Assembly (NCBI GenBank): GCA_964016885.1
Contig: OZ024746.1
Span: 41,788,001-41,852,000, forward strand
Source of the DNA: Eledone cirrhosa
Lineage: Eukaryota
Direction: 5' to 3'
DNA length: 64,000 nucleotides
Position 1 is the stretch's first letter, and each line of letters starts with the position of its first letter. Below the pieces are notes generated by a model. It was not told where the DNA came from. It worked only from the letters and a program-made list of their open reading frames with translations, and did not search any database. Shown here piece after piece: positions 58,041 to 64,000 of this stretch. The position numbers were made by a program, and so were the translations under genes.

Positions 58041-61000
58041 TAACTAAAGGAAGAAGAATGAGAGTAAGCCTTTGAATGAAAAATGCCAGATACTCTACCT
58101 TTTGCAGAAAAGCAGAGAGAAATGATGGCAAGCATGGTTATTTCTAGTCAAGATGAACTGTATTGGATTCTCCACTCAGAATAGGGAATATTCACAGCCA
58201 TTAGAATGACAGAGAGAGAAGACAGTAGTTTCCAGGATGGGGAAGGTAGTAGAAAAAAAAACCTCATGTTTGTTTTGGATATTTTGTCTACTAATTGCAA
58301 GGATAATCTTAGTTAATTGGTGTTTTGCAGTCCACTATATTACATATGTGGGACCTTGCTATACAAGAGTGAGGTAAATGTGATAAGTCAAAATTTATTT
58401 GCCAGGCCAGGTTGGAAAGCTGTACAATAACAAACTTAATCTGCAAGAAACTAATAGAAAAATATGAACCAATTAAGAAACAGTAAAAGTAGACTATGGA
58501 AATAATTCACCACATTGCCTCAGTCTGGCCAATCTTAGCCATATCAGACACATACACAGTCCTGAAAAACTAGGTACTTATTGATATGCACTGGATAATA
58601 TGTACCCCCCCCCCCCAAAAAAAAATGAGGCCTTCTCACTATCAATCATATTATTCCCTCTTCCCTATCTTTCACCCTGTCAGCCAACCTATCCTCTGGA
58701 CTATCCTCCAGAATTTCTGTTTCCTCCAATCTAAACTTGCTATATTCAAAATCACCATCATCATCGCCATGTTTTGTTTGTTTGACTTGCTTGCACAAGT
58801 TAGATAGGTTGTTAGTGGCTGGAAAGGCATGCTAGATAATTGTATCTTGCTCATATGTTCTATTTTGGCATGGTTTTTACAGCTGGCTGTCCTTCCTCAC
58901 ATCAACCATTTCATGTTGTGTACTGGGGTTTTCTTTTCTTAAGGCACCACCACTACCACCTGACAACAATATTCTCTTCATTCATTTATACATAATTAAA
59001 AACTGTGCAACCTCCTGGTTCATAGTTTTTCATCCTTTGCCATACCAAACCTGGATCACCTGCTTGTTCCTGTAATTCCTATCTCTTTATCTAAAACCTT
59101 ACCACTTTGCATGTTCCCTAGGTTCAATTTCCAAGTCACTGATGTGTTCACTTGTTCTTCCAAGAATGATATATGTATATATCAAATTAAATGAAAACTT
59201 TGTGGTCTCCTATATGTAATTAAAATCAGGCAAGGATTAAGTGCTTGATTTAGAGAGCATCTGCTGGATGTGTGTTACAATAGCTGCAGATCCCGAAATT
59301 CTATTGTACACCCCTTCAACTCACTTGAACATTCTTATCACATGCTTTCCATCTTTAGACATCTCTGGAACCTTACCTTATCTGGAAGCAAAGAGCAATC
59401 GTCTAGCTAAGGGCAATATTTTTCTTGCAGGAATCAATTTATTTTGGCACTCACATCATATTTAATTCCAGTCTAACCATCACACTATTTGAATCATCTT
59501 CCTACATATACATACTGGCACTGTTTGCCCTTCTCTATTACCTACTCATTCTTTTGTTTGCTGCCTCTTTACTATTCAACCACTCTTTTACTTCTTTTCA
59601 TCCCTTTCTTTTACTTATGCCTTTCTCCTACTAACCCTTTTACACTTGCTATTGTATCTTGTCTGGTACCAGAGTCCACTCCACTGCACATGCTTTTTCT
59701 GCCACCATATATTCCTTTATCCATTTGCAACCATGCTTCGTCAACAGCACATGTAAATTAATTCTTCAAACTATTTCATTTTTTCTTCTTTATCTTAACA
59801 AATGTCTTTATGCTCCAAAAATTGATGCTCCATTCTTTTCTTGTAGTTCTATTGTGATTTTTCTTACCCCCCAAAATGTCCCTGAAAATGATCAGATTAC
59901 AATAGTGAGAGATATGTCAGTGCAAACTGATACAGAAATCAAAGAGAACTATTGAAATATTTTAATTATAGATAAAATTAGAAAGCAACATTTTTTTATC
60001 AGCATAGCACACCTTTCTAAGCAGAACATTGCTCAGAAAAATAATGGGAAACCATAAAAAATATAAGGATCTATAGATAACGATTAACACCAATGTGAAA
60101 AATGACAGCAGCAAATATTTCCATTATAAATGAAACATTAAGAATGGTTAAAACAAACATGGAAATCTACACACATGTTAGAATACAGGAATCATACATT
60201 TTCTAGCACAGTACACACATTTTATGTAAGGATCTCTCTAATAACCAAATACATGAAACATTTATTTCACACAAAAAACAAAACAAAACAGAATCATGCA
60301 TTCATTTTATTTTTTAAAGAAAAAAATTGGATAAAAGAAGGAAACAACAATGGTGATAATGAGAATGATGACGTCAATGATGACAACAATGAAAGCAATA
60401 ACAATAATTTAATTTCTTATTCATCATCTTTGTATATTTGATTGACACTTGAATTTTTCTTATCTAGATTAATATATATTTGTACAGATTCTATCACATC
60501 TATTTTTCACTTCTGTTATCTCCATTTCACTTTATCTGACAGCAAACACAACTCCTCTGTTATGGAATGTTGATAAGAACTTATTGTCAGCTACATAAAC
60601 CAAAAGGCATGAGAGACACTATGTAAACATACAGCTTTCCCAGTGGGCACATCACACAAAAATAGTTTTCTCTCTCTCTCATGAGATACACAAGGACAGA
60701 TCCCCTGATAGTTGGTGCCAATTGTTCTGATCCATAATGATCCGTTACATTTGCATTGATAAGTGTTTCAGCGTGGATTCTATAGCCTGAACTGAAATTC
60801 CTATGGGATATTTTCTACAGCTGGTTTGTTTAAATTTATTTCTCCTCCTGAAAGACAAACAACAGATGCCACACTATAAGAAACTGTCTAGCTTTAATTC
60901 TCATTCATCAATTCCCCTTTGCTACTTTACATGTAGTTGAATGCAGACTGATATTTTTAGTAGAATCAACAATTGTAGATTTTCCATACAGCAATTTTTA

Positions 61001-61684
61001 AAATGCTTTCTTCAGAAAAATGGTTTTATCTGATTTGAAAGAATAATAGAAATAGAAAAGCCATGAAACTGATTTTCTCAAGAGAAAGTATGTTTGAGCT
61101 CTTTTGACTTTATCTTTTTCTAGTTTTGAAAATAATTTTTTTCCTTATTTTCTCAAATCTCTACATTTCAGAGAGTATTAAAAAAGAGTATTAATCAATG
61201 AGTAAAAATATTAATATAATGGAATTTGTCAGAAGATACTGATTGAGACACATTATCTGTAATAAAAAAAATCTTTTCATGGTGACATCATGTTATTCTT
61301 GAATATAAAACATTCATGTAAATGATCAATATATTTCAGCAGTAAAATAATCTGATTATGGATATGTCATCATGGCTTATTGAGTAATATAGTTAAATAT
61401 GTAAATTTCTCCTGCTTTCCTTTTTTGTGAAATTGTAGTTACAGTGTATATAATATGCAATAATTGTGGTATAATAACTGCTGAAAATATATCTAGACAG
61501 ACCATAACAAACTAAAAAAAATATTTTAAATATTTAAAGAACTTTAACAAAATTAAAAACTTTATTTGCAAGAAAATGTGTTATTGGGTGACAAATTACT
61601 TCTTATTTGCTATCTGATAGATTTTTTTAAATTTCTCTAAAATTGTTGGATTTATAATATTAACTTCTATAAAATAGAATACCA

Positions 61685-61810
61685 GTGAATTAGCAGAGCT
61701 GTTAAGGTGTTGGATTAAATGCCTTGGTGTTTGGTCCAGTTCTCTGTTATCTGAGTTCAAATACCATTGGGATCTACTGTGGTTTTCATCCTTTTGAGGT
61801 CAATAAATGT
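61685..61810 (+). mobile_element. Old tRNA-derived SINE remnant
   Basis: B-box-like ctgagttcaaatac followed by ttttcatccttttgaggtcaataaa. Confidence 0.5.
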
Positions 61811-62913
61811 TCAATAAATGTTCCAGTTCAGAGGCAGTGGATTAGCAAAATTGTTTAAGAATTCAACAGAATGCTTTATGGTATCTGATATGAATGGGAT
61901 GCAATTTCTTTTGCAGATTTAAGTATTTTTTTATTGCCAAATATTTACTGATATTTTTGCAGTTAGATTGATACTTTTCTTGATACTAAATGTTGAAGCA
62001 TGAAGTCACTGTGGTTAGAGTGACTATTGCACATGATATTCAAAATAACAATAAGCATTTTTAGGCCATGACAGGCATCATCATATTTATCATGGGCACC
62101 TTCTGAGGTAATATTTTATAGTCGGATGCTTTTCTTGGCATCAATCCTTTTATGATATGCTGGGATGCAGTGTACCTATCCTAAACTGAATACACACAGT
62201 AATTACAGGGTTTATAATGTGATTTTTATTTACTTATCAAGGCAGATCTAGAAAAATAAATTTCTGTAAAAGCCTTAAAGAGGTTAAGAAGTGAATTTAT
62301 CTTTACTCATATAGAGCTATTATAGAGTATAGAAGTGCTTATAAGCAAATTAGGTCGCATAATAGAGGCAACAGTAAAGTTTAAAGTTATGGACATGTAA
62401 TCAATAATATGTTTGACATTTTAACCTTACACTTATTGTTCCATTAATAAACCCTTGTAAATGAATTTTTATGTAGAATAACAGGAAATAATTTCTGTAT
62501 CTTGAATTAAGGACATTTCCTATGGGAAAAAAAAGAGAAAAATAAAAGGAAGAAAATGAGGAAATATAGATAAGATGAAGTGACTAGTTTCTTGTTGAAT
62601 TACTAAATATTTACTTTATCTAATATCTCCATCTATGTAAATGACTGGTGATATGATATATCTCATGTAACAGTTTTGACTAAAATGAAATCTAACAATA
62701 TATTCAATACCCTTTGTCTTCATACTCTTTTTACTCATTTTACTCTTTTACTTGTTCCCGCCAACTGGCTGGGGCCATGCTGGGGCACCACCCTTGTTGC
62801 TACATGTTCCATATCTAGCCTGCGTTGGCCGGCCATTGATGTAAGAGGGAATTCCCTATGGATAGTCTCATGTGATTTGGTATTAAGTGGGTAAGGCCTT
62901 CCTTCTTTTTAAA

Positions 62914-63102
62914 TATGAGGGTTGGCTGAGAAGTTCATATGCTCTCATGGAATGATTAATGAGGTTTATTTTTCAACATAGTCTCTGAAAATAAACAATG
63001 TAGTTAATAATAAGAAGAGTTGAAATTAATGCATGCAAGATTTTACAGCTCTAGCTTCATTCCTTCATATTGACCCTATGAACATTTCAGCCCACCTTCG
63101 TA
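62914..63102. mobile_element. Mariner-like MITE
   Basis: Imperfect TIRs tatgagggttggctgagaagttcata ... tatgaacatttcagcccaccttcgta with TA ends. Confidence 0.65.
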
Positions 63103-64000
63103 TGTCAATAACTATTTTTATAATATTTCGTATTTATCCAAAGTTCAAAATTCTAACTAACTCAACTTAAATTAGGGGAAAATAAGAAACAACTCCAATA
63201 AATTGGAATTAATAATATAGAGGATATATGAGTTATACAAATTCATAAACCTGCAATTTATTTTACTTCTTTGAAGTATGGAGAAATGTTTATTTAGTTT
63301 GTAAATACCATTGTTCCCATGAAAAAGCACACCCTAAGAATAGATTATTACAACATAGAACAATTATTTCATTGTTGTCATTTGTTCTGTAGCCTTAAGT
63401 TATCCAAACATCAGTGAATGTGTTAATAGCTTAAACATATTCAACATACATAGAAAAATTGGCATTATGATGTTAAAATGGTGTTAAAATGAAAGCAACA
63501 ATAACAACAGAGGCAGTAACAAAAACCTACATTTATATTTTATATCCTTCTCCAAAACCTGAATATTAACTTTAATCTGTAATTTTATTTGCGTCATCTG
63601 GCTTTGTTTTTTTATCTATTATAGTGAGTCTATCTACTTCTCTATCTTACACTTTCAACTTTCATCTAAAAATTAATCTTGTGTAGAATGATCTAATAAA
63701 TCCTATATAAGATTATCTTAAGGACATCAAAATAAAAACTGCAGTTTTATGTGTCTCTAATTGGATATTGTATCAGTAAGTTAAACTAATAATGTTTTTG
63801 AGGAACATTCCAGTTTTATAATATTACAATTAAGAGAGTTTTTATCGAAGTACTTATGTCGATATACTTAATGTTAACTTTCTATATAGAAAATATCTTC
63901 TCTTCCACTGTAGTTGATAACTGAAACAAAAGAATTCATCAGTTTATCATGCATGATAAATCTAAGATTATATCATTGACATTTATATTTGCACTTGCTA

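Noticed and set aside
51410-64000. Short ORFs as possible host exons
   Set aside because: No recognisable protein motifs or consistent exon structure; AT-rich intronic or intergenic sequence.

Overview
Repeat-dense animal genomic DNA with no recognisable host gene. The huge (TA/TG)n tracts, RTE LINEs with (GAT)n tails and tRNA-derived SINEs suggest an octopus or other cephalopod genome (inference). Positions 1-51 kb are mostly (TA)n-based microsatellite with many retroelements nested in it: eight copies or fragments of one RTE LINE family, an apparently intact CR1/L2-group LINE (ORF1 with Myb/SANT-like and CCCH motifs; ORF2 probably reached by -1 frameshift), two Penelope-like (PLE) fragments, SINEs and MITEs. 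Positions 51-64 kb are AT-rich, with only old repeats and one younger RTE fragment. The main result is a set of hammerhead ribozyme (HHR) elements. A 5.4-kb array (33276-38710) of apparently identical 310-bp monomers, each carrying a minimal type I HHR, is split into two oppositely oriented arms (10 and 8 ribozymes) and sits in a (TA)n site whose empty paralogues lie just upstream. A diverged 329-bp relative shows compensatory base changes, two fold-back elements carry one HHR per arm, and several solitary HHRs are present. Together this looks like a retrozyme/circRNA-type non-autonomous retroelement system linked to Penelope elements. The long I/Y/C/M/V ORFs in the track are microsatellite artefacts. 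All calls were made by eye; no searches or folding programs were run.
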